From Klebsormidium nitens (lineage: Eukaryota; Plantae; Klebsormidiophyceae), in assembly GCA_000708835.1 (NCBI GenBank), contig DF237000.1:66556-130165 (forward strand): 63,610 nt of DNA. Direction: 5' to 3'. A model generated the notes under the pieces. It saw nothing but the letters and a program-made list of their open reading frames with translations, was not told where the DNA came from and did not search any database. Of this stretch, positions 1 through 12,173 are shown piece by piece (the stretch's first letter is position 1; each line of letters begins with the position of its first letter). Both the position numbers and the translations under genes were made by a program.

Positions 1-307
1 GACGCCCAAGCCCACCGAAGCCTCTCCTCAACCCCCGATGACGCACGCTCCGTCAACCGGGAGCCCGACCATCCCTACCGGGCCCCCAATGCGTACACTT
101 CTCCCGGAGACGTTCCCCCCGATATTCACTCGTCAACCGGAAACTTTTGCCCCGACTCCCACAGAAACTTCCCCTCCTCAACCGACTCCGACCCAGCCAA
201 CCGTGAAAACGCCTAAGCCGACCCCTAACACCGAGTCCCCGCCCATTAACCCTGCTCAGCCGCCTCCGGCTCAGGCACGGCGACTGTCGCGGAAAGCCCT
301 CATCTGA
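1..307 (+). CDS. 3' end of a Pro/Thr-rich (HRGP/mucin-like) protein, 5' part outside the window
   Basis: The frame is open from base 2 (TPKPTEASPQPPMTHAPSTGSPT...PTPTQPTVKTPKPTPNTESPP...RKALI*) to TGA at 305-307. P/T/S-rich composition. Confidence 0.6.
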   Translation, partial: TPKPTEASPQPPMTHAPSTGSPTIPTGPPMRTLLPETFPPIFTRQPETFAPTPTETSPPQPTPTQPTVKTPKPTPNTESPPINPAQPPPAQARRLSRKALI

Positions 308-1745
308 AATAGTACATGATTGAGAAGGTTGCTCAAAGATCGCCGGTTCTTAACCCATTGTTTGCTCGATTGAGAGATTGAAAAGCAGTGGCTTCGTCTC
401 CTCATCAGCTTATAGAACCGTACGAAAGAGTGTAAGATTGAAAGAATGGACTAAGCGGTTAAGTGTAGCGTCAAAGTGTAAAACAAGCTTAGCCACCTCC
501 TAAATCCATAAAGTAATGCAGAAAATTTGATGTTGATTGATCTGAACCACTAATCAGAGGATAAGTTATCGATACAATCTTCCATCAATAATTTGTGACT
601 CCGGATCACAGTCACATGGCCGGGCCCCGACCACCGCGTTTGAGAAACATCCGATCCACGGAGTAACTCTCGAAGTTGTAAGAGCAACGCCTGCATTGAT
701 TGTGTATTCTAACAGTAGGGATCATGGCAGATCTCTGTGGACTTTGCGCTTCGGCAGGCTGTACGAACAGGCAATTCAATGATCAAGTAGATTTATCGTG
801 TCTAGTCCTAAATGACTGAGCCCGATCGGCCACACGTGACGTGATACTGTAGCCATGTATAATGATGCCAGAGGACCCAGTGACCGGCCGCTTGTACCAT
901 GGAGTGCGGTTGCCAGGGGCCCGCGCCCCGTTGGTGCCGCGGGCCTGCTAGCGCGCTGTACGGCTACGTTTTTACAGAATTTTGGCCCAGCTTGAAACCT
1001 TCATGCCAGACATGCAAAACGTCTGATGCATGGAATGATCGAGGCAAGTTTACGTGTTGCAATTGTGCTCTTGTAATTTTGTTGACGTTATAAGAAGGTG
1101 CATGCACGATTCAATATCTGTGTACACTAACTGATACAGTCTCTGCGACATAATGATTGAGGCTAGGGCAACCCAAATGCCGCTGGCAAGCCGGCCTGCG
1201 TGGTTGTGCGGTGCAACAAGAAGTAGGCTCAAAGTACAATGATCGAGCAGTGACTTACTAGTTAATGTGCTCTTATGATGCCAGGATTCCTTGCACGTGA
1301 TTCGGACCCACAGCTTTCTCAGTCTGGCAACCGACTTGCAGCTCGCCGATATGGGGCCAGCCTGGCGGCAGCGCGCCCGGTAATATGCAGTGCAAGTGGA
1401 GCCGCACGTCGCCATACCGCAGTGTGTACGTCGGCATTTTTATATGAGATTTTATATCGAGCTGGCGCAACACGCGCGCAGAGCTTGAAAGAGGAAGGTT
1501 AGTCATGCAGGCGAAAGAGAACGACGGCCCGGTTCACCTAGCAAGCTTTGAACAGGTAAAGCTCTTCTAGGCACTCCTTTGGCATTCCACGTTGTCTCTC
1601 CTGCGTAATGATACCGAGAGAGCGGGCCTGTTGCAAAAAAGTCCTTGCTTTCAGTCAGGAGCATGTCAGTCTTGAGACTCTTTACACTAGCTCAAAACCT
1701 CACAACCTATACCCGCATCGTCCACATGGTACTGCTGCGCAAACC

Positions 1746-4700
1746 CTAAGCCCACTCTTGATTAGCCGCGTCCGGCAAGCAATGCCCCGGGTGTCGCTTA
1801 AACGAATACTGAATGAAAAGGTGTCGCCCCGCATCCCACGTCACGGCGAAGTCCTTGGCCGTGTGCGCAGCTTCCTTGGGCCACCTATACGGCTCTTCTT
1901 TCTCTCCGTTTCGCCCGTACCCTTCTTCCTCATCCCCTTCCTCTCCCTCGTCATCGAAAAGCTCGTCGTCTGTCCCGTTGTAATCGTACGTCTCCTCGTA
2001 CCCTATCGCGTTCCCGAGCCGGTCGAAGTAGTCGCATTCCGTTACCGCTAGCAAGGAGTGGGCCGTTCCGTTCCAGTAGAGGGACCGGACGGCGGTGTTT
2101 CCGGTGCTCAGCTCGTACAGGTTCCGCAGCATCCGCAGGTCCCACGCCAGAACGGACTCGTTCTGGCCCCCGGTGAAGCAGAACGGATAGCCGCCTTCGG
2201 AAACGAGCGCAACGCCCCATTGCACGAAGCCGAGTAAGCCCTGACAAGAAAATGAAAGGCTTGAAGATTGAAAATATACTGTACAGCGGTCACGATGGGT
2301 CTTATTGGCCGGTGGTATTCAGGTGATTAGTGTGCTTGGTCAACAGCATGCGTCACAGAGCAGAACTCGTTCTGTTCCCCGGTAAAGTCAAAGGGGTAGC
2401 CGCCTTCGGAATAAGCGCGACGCCCGATTGGTCGAAGCCGCAGTATCTGAGAAGAAATTCAGATTCAATGTGAGGAGATAAACCAGAATACATGAGAGAA
2501 TTTCAAAACTTGAAAAACCACAAGCCCAGGGTTTTTAACTTGGACGCCGAAGGGGCACGTGGCGCCCTCTCGTCGGCAGATCCCCTCACCACCAAACAAT
2601 CTCAAAGCCACCAATCTAGAACCTTAGAAGTCCGGAAAACCCGAGTTTTCGTTGCATTCTCGCCTCAGCAGACTTTGAAGACCCTTTCCGGACCCTTCTC
2701 AGACGCTTCGGGACCTTTTTCAATCCTGTTCTAGAAGCGGCCGTCTTTTGACGCTTTCCGGACCCTTTCGGGACCCTTTCCGGCGGCTTTCGGCCGCTTT
2801 CCGAACGCTTTCCAGACGCTTTTCGGACCCTTTCCGGCCATTTTTCAGACCGTTCCGGACCCTTGCCCGTCACTTTCCCGGCACTTTCCAGCCGCTTTCC
2901 GGTCCGGACGCTCCGGGCTCACCTGGAGCGTACAAACTGCGCCCCTCGTCCGCAGATCCCACAGCTTCACCGTCGTGTCCCGACTCGCTGACGCCAGCAG
3001 GTTCGGCAGCGCTGCGCTCGCGCTCATCTGCTCGACGCCGCCCGTGTGTCCGAAGAGACGCGTCCGAATCGTCGCACGCTCCATGTCGCACACGTACACT
3101 CCGTAGCCGTCCGTTTTTGTGGCCGCGGCGGCGCCCTCGAAGCCGGAAACGGAAGCCGGAAGGGCGAGGAAACGCTCGACGGAGAAGCCGAGGGAGAGGG
3201 AGCCGTGCGGGTCGTGGCCGCGCGTGGCTTCGGTGTTTTCCGCGTCGTTCTCGTCCTGTTGCAGAATTACAATTCTACAATTACAATCTAGGTTATAAAA
3301 ACCTCGAGATTTGCAGGATGTGAAGCGATAAGGGAAACAGAGCAGTAGGGATTTCAGCAGTTCAAAGTTCTGCAGCTATTGTAGTGTTAGAAGCACCTGC
3401 TTCCGTGTCGATCTCGCCCTGAAGCGCACGGGTATCAAGGATTCGACGTTTTTAACGTGTCTCGAACACATTAAACGTTTTGATGATTGGCGTTTTCCGC
3501 CATTCTTGGCAGACTTGACATTTATAGGTTATCGGCGTTTCAGCGTTTCTGGGTTTGCAGAAAAGTAATGTTCCAGAGAAACATTCCAAGGAAAGCAGAG
3601 CAAATACTTCAGCAATTCTCAGTTTCGGTGGCCTCTGTAACGTCAGATACTGCCTGCTTCTGGGTAGACCTCGGAGAAAACCTGAAAAGCTTTGCAGTGT
3701 TTCGCATTCTAAGTTTCCCATGATCGTCAATCCGTGCAACCGGAGATCCGACTTGGCAAGGTATACGAAACACTAACAGCGGGTGCTTAAGCACCAAAAC
3801 CAAATGCGCGGCGATCCTCAATCTGAAAATGACAAACAAATATAGGCTCGTACGAAAGCCAGAGGGCTTTCGAAGAAAGAAGACATCCGGGTGCGCTGAG
3901 AGAAATAAGGGTTGCCCGTTCACAAGAGAGTTCTTGTGTTCTTGAGATCGCCATCCATCCTCAACGAAACGACTCGGGTGGATTCGCTGGGGCTTACCAG
4001 GTCGTGGCACTCGAACCAGACTTCGTACTTCGCCCGGATCCTCTCTTCCTTTTCCTTCGTGGTTTTTGGATCGTGCAGGATCCCCTGCGGAGAACATACT
4101 CCAAGAGTCAACGAAAACTTTATCATGGGTACTTAAAGTCCTCTTCCTCAGGCGTCATGCGAAGGTCGGGTTAGCTGCTTCTGACGGGGAGTCGTTAAAA
4201 ATGAAGAATTGCTGCGAATTAAGCGACGACTTCAAAGCAGCTCGATCACCAGAAAGGTTAGATATACATGTTGCAGATTGGAAGAGGGAGACCTCGGCCG
4301 ACATGAATCAACATCAAAGACAAGAGAGTTTCGGACCCTATGTGCTCGATAGAAAAGCCAGACTTACAAAGCTGACTGCGCTCCTAAGATGCAAACAGGA
4401 CTCTTGACTCACTTTAGTTGAGAAGCAAACCTATCAATCAAATTGGATTGAACCTTGAATCAACAGCGCAAGCGGGAACTAGATTGATGTAAGTCGATGC
4501 CGAAAGATCTCCACCCGCTCTGGAATGCAGAGCAGCACCAAAACACTCAAAATAGAGTCATCTGCTTACGAACCTCGATGCGCATGCCCGAAACGTCTTT
4601 CACGTGCTTTTCGACCGAGCCAACGTCCCAGTACTTCACTTCCTTCCCCACGGATGCAAATAGCCGGTCACCAACCATGGTTAGCCCTTTAACCCGACCT

Positions 4701-6778
4701 CCTGTTTGCAGCGTGTACTGGCACGAGACGGCTTCGTCTTCCATAGCGAATGCTTTGACGCGGTTATCGCCGGCGATCCACACGAGTTCTCGCTCGCTGT
4801 CGACGCACGTGGCATGACCTGAAGATGAAAAAAGGGAAGTGTTTTGGGATTCGAAGGTTCGCCAATGTAGGTCAGCGCGTTGTTCCTCTTTTGTCTTATT
4901 GGCACGAGGATTTATCGAGGATAGAGCGGAAGCTCAACGGTGGTTACCTGACTTCCTTTCATTGCCTGGACCATTCAAGAGTTGGAAAAATAGCCCGCTC
5001 ACAAATCCCGTAAGATTTAGCTGTCACGTATCGGAGATATTAAAGCGCGGAAAGCACACTAAATCACCTCACTCTGCTTTGAAAGATTGCAACATGAATG
5101 TGGAGCTTTTCTGAGGGTACGGTTTCTTTAAAGCCATTTCCTTTCAGTTGTACAAGCTGTTGATTGTCATTCTCAGATGAGAACGCCATCAGAAAGTTTG
5201 GAGTATCACAATGACCATGACGAGGGTCAGTATGCTATAAGCTGAGGCCTGTTCAAGACACGAAGGTACTCAGAGAAGTTCGTAAGTTGGCACTAATCTG
5301 AAATGCGATGTGAAGGGTCCTCTCCTGAACGTCGTTTCATCCAACAACACTTCTAGCACGTCCTGAAGGAACAGGACTTGTAGCTTCTTCGAGAGTACCT
5401 GGCTCCCAGAAACCAGGAGTTTCATACTCCAGCTTGAAGTCTGGGTCGCGGGTGGACGTCTTGGGTTCGTCATCAGGCCCTCTTCTCTTTGCAATCTCCA
5501 AAGCAGGAGCGCGGTCCTTCCAGCCTGCTCCACCCTGGGGAATCAAAGACAGTTAGTGTTTAGCGGACAGGTGTTTTAAAACCTGGTATCGCAAGGCGAT
5601 GCCGGCAATATTTGCCAGCAAAGATTTCAACATCGACAAAAGTCCTCTGCTTTATATTACATAAACGAAGTACGCGCAGACGAACACTGGACTCCTCTTA
5701 ATTAATGAACCTCAGGCAAAAATATTGCACACCAAGGGTTTGAGTTAAAAAAACCTGTGCAGATGAGCACTTCTTTGGTTTGGTCACACTACGAAGCTAC
5801 GAGATGCACATCAAGGGCCTGAAACCTACCACAGAACGGAAGTTTCGAAACTCCAAGAAACGAAGGCAACCATTTTAAGGCAGCTGAGGCAAGTGTCAGG
5901 GACTACAATGAGTACTCTTAGTGCAACCTAGTTGCATCTACTGCTCATATCATCCTATATTTTCAAGCCTTCAACACTGAGAATGTTTTTGTCCATGAAA
6001 TTACAATCGACAAAATGAGATAATGTTTAAACAATGAAAGTGTCGTTGTCCTCACTGCGATTGCTATCAAGCTCCCATCCCCGCTGGCAGCCGTTCCATA
6101 GATCTGACAGCATTCGCTGGTCAGCACATCACAGCGCGCCTGATGAACGTTCTGTGCCGCCTTAGATCCAACTGGTGCACTTGCATCAAACCCAGGGTTG
6201 AAGCGGGCTAAGTGGCTGCTATCTTTCGTCGGCGCTGGCGCTGGAACGATTCTATTATCCTCTCCGTACTTTTTCACCCTCTCCTGGAGCATCTGCTTGG
6301 AGAGGGTGGGGTTGGTTGCCGTCCTCAGAAACATGTCCACAAATTCCATCTTGGTCACGTGAGAGCCCAAGCCAGACCTTATTGTCAGAGTTCCGTCCCG
6401 CTGATCAAGGGTCTGCACATCGAAATGGTGCAGCTGGTCATACATTGCATCCAAGTGGTCTGTCAGCCGCTTGTCCAGCTCAGCGATGATGTCAGCATGC
6501 GTCACCCCTGCGGGGATTCCAAGCCCTGCGCTGCTCTGCAAATTTAGCACCCTCCCTAACTCAAACAACCTTGCAAGCTTTTCGCCAGCTGAGCTCTTCT
6601 TGTTCTCTTCCAGTTGATCAGCATCTGGTGGGATCAGTGTTTCTGGAACCTTCTTCCCACTCAGGACCTGGCGGAAGAATTGGTCCATGATTAGAGTGCC
6701 CGCAGGTCCCTTGACCCTTTGTTTCTTTTTTGGAGGTTGGGCCGAGCCTCTGAGAGAAGCTTGTCCTTTTGAAGTCAT
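1746..6778 (-). CDS. WD40-repeat protein, about 670 aa, 6 or more exons
   Basis: Phase-consistent GT-AG exons 6778-6056, 5534-5399, 4818-4574, 4084-3998, 3255-2923, 2240-1746. WD motifs: GHTGGVEQMSASAALPNLLASASRDTTVKLWDLR, FCFTGGQNESVLAWDLR, VKYWDV. A small exon could be missed in 3256-3997. Confidence 0.8.
2345..2455 (-). repeat. Decayed intronic copy of the acceptor and first ~90 nt of the last WD40 exon
   Basis: Reverse complement ...ctcag atactgcggcttcgaccaatcgggcgtcgcgcttattccgaaggcggctacccc...gggggaacagaacgagt aligns by eye with the true exon start ...gtcag ggcttactcggcttcgtgcaatggggcgttgcgctcgtttccgaaggcggctatccg...gggggccagaacgagt (2240 downward). Confidence 0.85.
2680..2905. repeat. 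Degenerate short-period tandem repeat (ctttccggac-like units) next to an intron donor
   Basis: Repeated variants tttccggaccc, tttcgggaccc, tttccggcggc, tttccgaacgc, tttccagacgc. Confidence 0.8.
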
Positions 6779-7328
6779 TTTGGCGTCCTTGCAAAGAAGC
6801 GAAACAACTTATAAGCAGCCGAGCAGCAGACCTGCCAGCATTACATGGCGACTTGGACATGCGTAATGTAAGACTCTGCTCTGCAGGACAGCCATTCCTT
6901 CCCCATCATGACTTTATCTTGATTGTCTTATTGTAGAAGAAGCAATGTATAACACGGTACGTACATATCATATCAGAATGCTGCCTCACCAGCTAGCCTG
7001 AGCTAGCCTTCACAGTTCACTGCGATCCAGCATTCATGCAATTTGGCGCCAAAGAAGACGGGTTGGACCTTGGTTTCGCAAACCGGCCGCTGTTGATGTG
7101 ACACGGCCGTGTGTGCAAACAACCGTCAACCGTCGCCGGGCGGCTGGTATCATGCAGCACAGCATGAAGCCAGCAATGCCGTCAGTGATAGAATGCCGGT
7201 TCCTGGGCCGGCAAACCTTTCTTTGGTTAACCAGCTGTATTTCAGTACACCATGTAGATACTTTTGCACACAGGCCCGGCCGGGGTAGTCCTACTACCGA
7301 ACCGCACAGCTGCACAGCGGCATGCAGC

Positions 7329-7412
7329 CTGAGCCTGAGGGCAGTGAGGGGCGATTCGCACCCGCAAAAGTATTGGAAAGTTGGCGGGCGCGAATCGCCC
7401 CTGAGCCTGAGG
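7329..7412. repeat. Hairpin with 13-bp perfect arms, bracketed by 12-bp direct repeats (possible micro-MITE)
   Basis: aggggcgattcgc (7347-7359) and gcgaatcgcccct (7390-7402), with an inner cccgc/gcggg pair. ctgagcctgagg at 7329-7340 and 7401-7412. Confidence 0.7.
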
Positions 7413-8259
7413 AGCTGTAGGATCGAGATGCAAAGCTTCGTATTCCCGTACGTGTCACTGCGGGGTCAGTGGCTAGCTGGATATATTTGACCAAGATACA
7501 TAGGATCCGGATGCTTTTTTCTGCAATTACAGTGCTGCATTGTTGCTGTCACTAAGGCTACAGCATGGGGTACGTACTACGCGCGCCAATGATGCCTGCG
7601 TCGGCGTCACTTCTACCCATATGCCAGATGGCATACTCGCATGGTTGGAAGGCCACACGATTTGACCGTATATATAATGATCTTTTCCCCCAGCCAAGTT
7701 AATCGGAGCTTCATCATCTACGTCGGTACTATACCTTTGCAACAACTGGGATCAAGAGTGGCCGCGCCAGAGTCTTTCATAGGACCTTAAGCGTGAGGCC
7801 TTTCTTGGAGAGCTCAAATCGACCGAAATCTAGGAACAAACGACTGCAATCACATCTGGAGTCTCTCTGTCAACAATTCGTACAGAATAGAAAATGTTCA
7901 AACGTCTGGTAGTTTCATGGGTTAGGCCCTTGTAACGCCTATGAAGCTAAATGTCTAGGCTAGCATAGCTGCGATGCCCTTAATCATATCAGAATGCGTC
8001 ATATCACGGCCATTCAAACAGATTTGCTTTTGCTATCCAAAAGCGACCCTCGGTTGACTCGGACAACAACTAAGACCAAGTAGTGAGCAACGTACGCAAA
8101 CCTACGCGACACCTAGACAACGGTTTTTAGCCTCAATCTGTGATGGTCAATGGTCTTGCATGTCAACCTTTGAAGCGCTATCCTCAGCCGCAACCGGGCA
8201 TAGATGGTACAAGACCGGGTTTATACGTGGTTGCTAGACAATAAAACCTTTAAGGTTAA

Positions 8260-10773
8260 CTACGAGCTGAAAAACTCGCTAGCTACCAGGGCCAAGTTGA
8301 TGACCATGGTAGGCACCAGCACAAACCACGTGAGGAATGCGAACGCGGTTGCGGCGCGTACTTTGGAACTGAACTCGCTTGGAGTGCCGCTTAGGAAGTC
8401 TGTGTCGACAGTGGCAGCAGCGCAAGCGGCTCCAAACAGGAGAAAAGCCAAGATCTGCACCAGAATTTATAATCAATCTCGAGACGAACTGTGGATGCGC
8501 ATGGAGATGCTTTTGAAAACCTTCCGTGTGCTTGAGGGTTCATACATGTGCAAGAACACAAGCACCAAATGAAGGACAGCATGACACGAGTCTCTGACGA
8601 CATCTGCCTTTAGTGGAAGCACAGAACACACAATCGTCAAGTTGCGAAGGGCCTCAGCAAAGAAGGCCGAGCCCATCGAGAAGTGTCACACAAAGAACTC
8701 ACCAGATCTCCAAGAGCGACGATGAAAGGCTTGACGCCTCCGCCAACCGCCATCTTTGCGAAGGCCTCCAAGAGCTCAAGGACTGCCAAGATGAGCGCCC
8801 AAACAAAGACAATGACAAGCATGGAGAGACAGAACTTGTAGGCCTTCACATCCTCCCACGTGAGGCCCCCAACCTTGGACGCTGCCATGATCTGCAGACA
8901 ATCGGCGATAGATACTTCAAAAATTTGTACTCAGGTAAGTGATCTAGGTAAACAACTGGACCAATAGCAGTTCCCGCGGACCAGGAAATAGCCCCCTGGC
9001 TCGCAAAGTACTTCCCAAACACGGAGACCAAATAGACGAGTGCCAGTCTATACCCTTGACAAACTTCAACGCCACCCCACACGCAGGGCTTGGTCGATTG
9101 GAAGTGCTTCAGATCAGTTTGTTGAGTTGGAATGACAGATACATAGTGATCCTCACGTAAAATGAATTCTACGTTGGGCAAGATGTTGATCGTTCGGCAT
9201 TGGGGTAGTGTACAGTTGGAGAGATCGATGCATGAAGTCATTTAATTTGTGACCAAAGTGATTAATCATTCCAAAGATCTAAACCCCAGGCTTGTTCATG
9301 CGGATGCATTGACTTGCACGAAGCTGCCACTGCCTTTAACTTAGGCTGGGATCTATACCAGTTCTTTGATGATCTGATATTCAACAACAATCTGTGATTA
9401 TCTAACGGAACAGCCAGCTTATCTGCTCGAAAAAGATCCCCTTCCTCCCTCTGAATAGCAGAGCACCACGCAAAAAATTTGCTTGGAAAATATTATCTTG
9501 CAGCTCAATTTCCCAATCCCCAGCTATTGCAACTTCATAAAGTTGCTATTTTCGATTTACCGACCAAACACCAGTACTCCTGGCAGTAGTCAGACTCGGT
9601 CAGGTGGTGTCTACTTCATACGCATTAGCCAGGGAGGGATGGAATCCCAAGAGCTGGCGACACCTTGACCTACTTTGGGAAACAACCGCAGGGGTCCGTA
9701 TAAACTACCACGCGCCACACTAGCAACGATTGCTGTGCAGACAATGGGTCCCACCAGTGGTTCAAGAGTCTGTTTCGAGATGACCTGAATTTGCTAAATC
9801 TGGACGTTAGGGTTGGGCATTTACCTCGCTTCTGCTGGTCCACTGCCTTAAAATGCCCTTGGAAACTTCTAAAAAAACCTAGTCCGCACCAAAGCACAAT
9901 CTCAAAGCAACGCGGACTTCCACAAACTGATTCTCCAAATCCCCAGCACCTTGCACCTTGGCTTAAAACTCGCAGGATGGTACAATAGCACTTCTTTTGA
10001 GTGGTTTCAGTGCTTGATAAAACTTCCCTGAGACCAATGTTACTATTTTGAATTTCAAGTCGACTCTCTGCAAAGTTGTACATAATCTCTTGGGACAACG
10101 CAGACGCACAAGGTCACAGGAGTGATGAAACACTGTTTACACCTATTGAAAGAGCGGAACAACTTCATTATCAGGCGCCTACGTGTGCAGTCTGGAGTGT
10201 ACTAAACTGCCCATAGGGCGACAAGCTACATGGAGAGATACAAACAAACGAGATTCTGGAGACAATGTGTACAAGATAAAGGCCTGTAGAAGGAAGCATT
10301 CTTTCAGAACAAAGTTGGAGAGGGCACATAAATGCAGTGGCGCAAGACAAAGAAGTTTTTTGTTTGCTTCATACGAGGAAGTGTCGCATTTCTTAGGCAA
10401 CAGAAAGTGCATACCCAGTCCTGTCATGAAGCTTAAAGCAATGTTACCGCTCAAGAGCTCAAGGTAAAATGAGGAACCTCTCCATGGCTTTCAATACGAA
10501 GCGATGACATCAACTTCCAATAATTTTCGTGTTGGACCACTCAGAAGTTGACAAGCTGAGTAAAAGACTCACCGAAAAACCTATCAATGCAAAGAGGACT
10601 TGCAGGACTCTCAGCAGCGAAGTCACGAGCGAGAGCTTCTTCACATCCCTGTTGGCCCCTGTGTCATACGCTGCCGTGGGGTGCTTTGGGGGAGGGATGC
10701 CATAAGGGGACGCTGCAGCCGCAGGGTAAGCGGGTTGGGCTACAGGGACAGCCTGAACCCGAGGCTCCGCCAT
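8260..10773 (-). CDS. CASP-like (MARVEL-fold, 4-TM) membrane protein, CASPL5-like
   Basis: Exons 10773-10573, 8891-8703, 8454-8260, all phase 0. The motifs LLRVLQVLFALIGFSIMAAS, YKFCLSMLVIVFVWAL, GDLILAFLLFGAACAAA and RAATAFAFLTWF match the CASPL pattern. Confidence 0.8.
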
Positions 10774-12173
10774 GTGTGCAGACTTTGGCGTGATGGAACA
10801 GACCAAAGCGATGAGACGGGGATGAGACGAAGAAGGGAAGCGGACACAGCAGCAACGCAACAAGGGCCGAGGAACAAAGCAGCTAAAGAACTGGGGTTTC
10901 GTTTCTCGTCCAAGCAGCGTTGCCGCTGGGAACTCCAGGTGGACGAGCTTCAGTTTCAGGAATCAGGTATTACAGGTGATGCGAAAGGTGGTGGAAAGAT
11001 GTCATGCACAGTGCACTGATGGTCTGACGCCTGGACTCCTGTGGACTCATGTCAAGAAGAGATTCCAAGAATGGTCAAGGTCCAGTGGCAGGAGGAGAAA
11101 ATGAACCAGTCAGCTGCTGCCAGCGCAGGGAACCGAGGGGAGTGTGCCGCGAAAATCCTGGAAACAGAGCGTTCGCCTCCGCTCGATGAATATTGTTCTG
11201 ATCGGACGGTGTCAAGGCAAACCTACCCCGGTATTGCATACCGTCGATGAGAAATGTATTTTTATGGACGGACGCAAACTTGGTTCCTCCAGATTCCGGC
11301 CATGAAGGATGCCAGTTGTCACTGCATATTGATGACGTCATCATGAAATAATTGCTACGTCGTCAAGGCCACGCCATGATGAACTTATTGCAACAATTAG
11401 GCGTATCCAAATTACGTGTGATTGAGGTATTTTGAATTGTGGGGGGCCGGCCTGGAGCGGGGTAGGAATTCTGATGGGGGGGAGGGGCTGGGGCTTGATC
11501 TGCTGGGCTAAGGTGGGAGGGGGTTGGGGGGGGGCTTGAGCCCTCTCGCCGGGGCGTAGCCCGGCCGATGTTTTAACCAAAAATTGGGGGCAAATATTTT
11601 CCGGCCTTTCTTACCCGCTTTGGCCACCTGTAAGGCCAGCTAGATCGAGGCTTGTGGCCCTTTTCCTTAGGCTAGGCCGCGGAGGAGGGGGGGGGGGGCT
11701 GAGGCCTTGAGAGAAAGGGGCCTGTAGAATACCTGTACCCCGCTGCCACTTCAAGTAAATAACAGTACGTCCATACATCACCGCCCCACTGAGCCCTTCA
11801 AAATTCAGACATACTTTAAGTGAAGTTGTTTCTTGTGCCAAATCATTTGTTGCCCAGGCTCGAGTAGGTGGCGGGAACTTGGTATGAACCATCAAACCAA
11901 CACAACGCGCTACATGTTGATGTTATAACTCAATTAATGTACCATACATAGCATGTGCAGACATGAAGCTCGTGGCCGGCACTGCTGCTAAGAAGCTTGT
12001 TACTGTGTCACAGTAATAGCTTGCCAGATTCGTCTGTATTGTTGCAAGCCTAATGCACAAAATGTGAGTTGATAACATTGTCCTTCAATCGTGACTGCAT
12101 TTGTTGTACTGGTTTTATGATTTATGAATAGGTCAAACGAGCTTGCCCTCAACCTCTTTGCAACAAAGCTCAA

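Noticed and set aside
918-952. Hairpin followed by CTAG as a Helitron 3' end
   Set aside because: CTAG lies only 2 nt from the stem and is not followed by T. No 5' TC end or Rep/helicase remnant was found.
2616-3323. Arg/Lys-rich ORFs 2616-2873 and 2748-3323
   Set aside because: They are produced by the low-complexity intronic repeat and by the antisense strand of a WD40 exon.
7527-7745. 72-aa minus-strand ORF with protein-like composition
   Set aside because: No ATG start, no convincing splice partners and no recognisable motif.
9670-10098. 142-aa ORF in the CASPL intron (likewise 61173-61535 in the cupredoxin intron)
   Set aside because: No domain signal or codon bias. Consistent with chance intronic ORFs.
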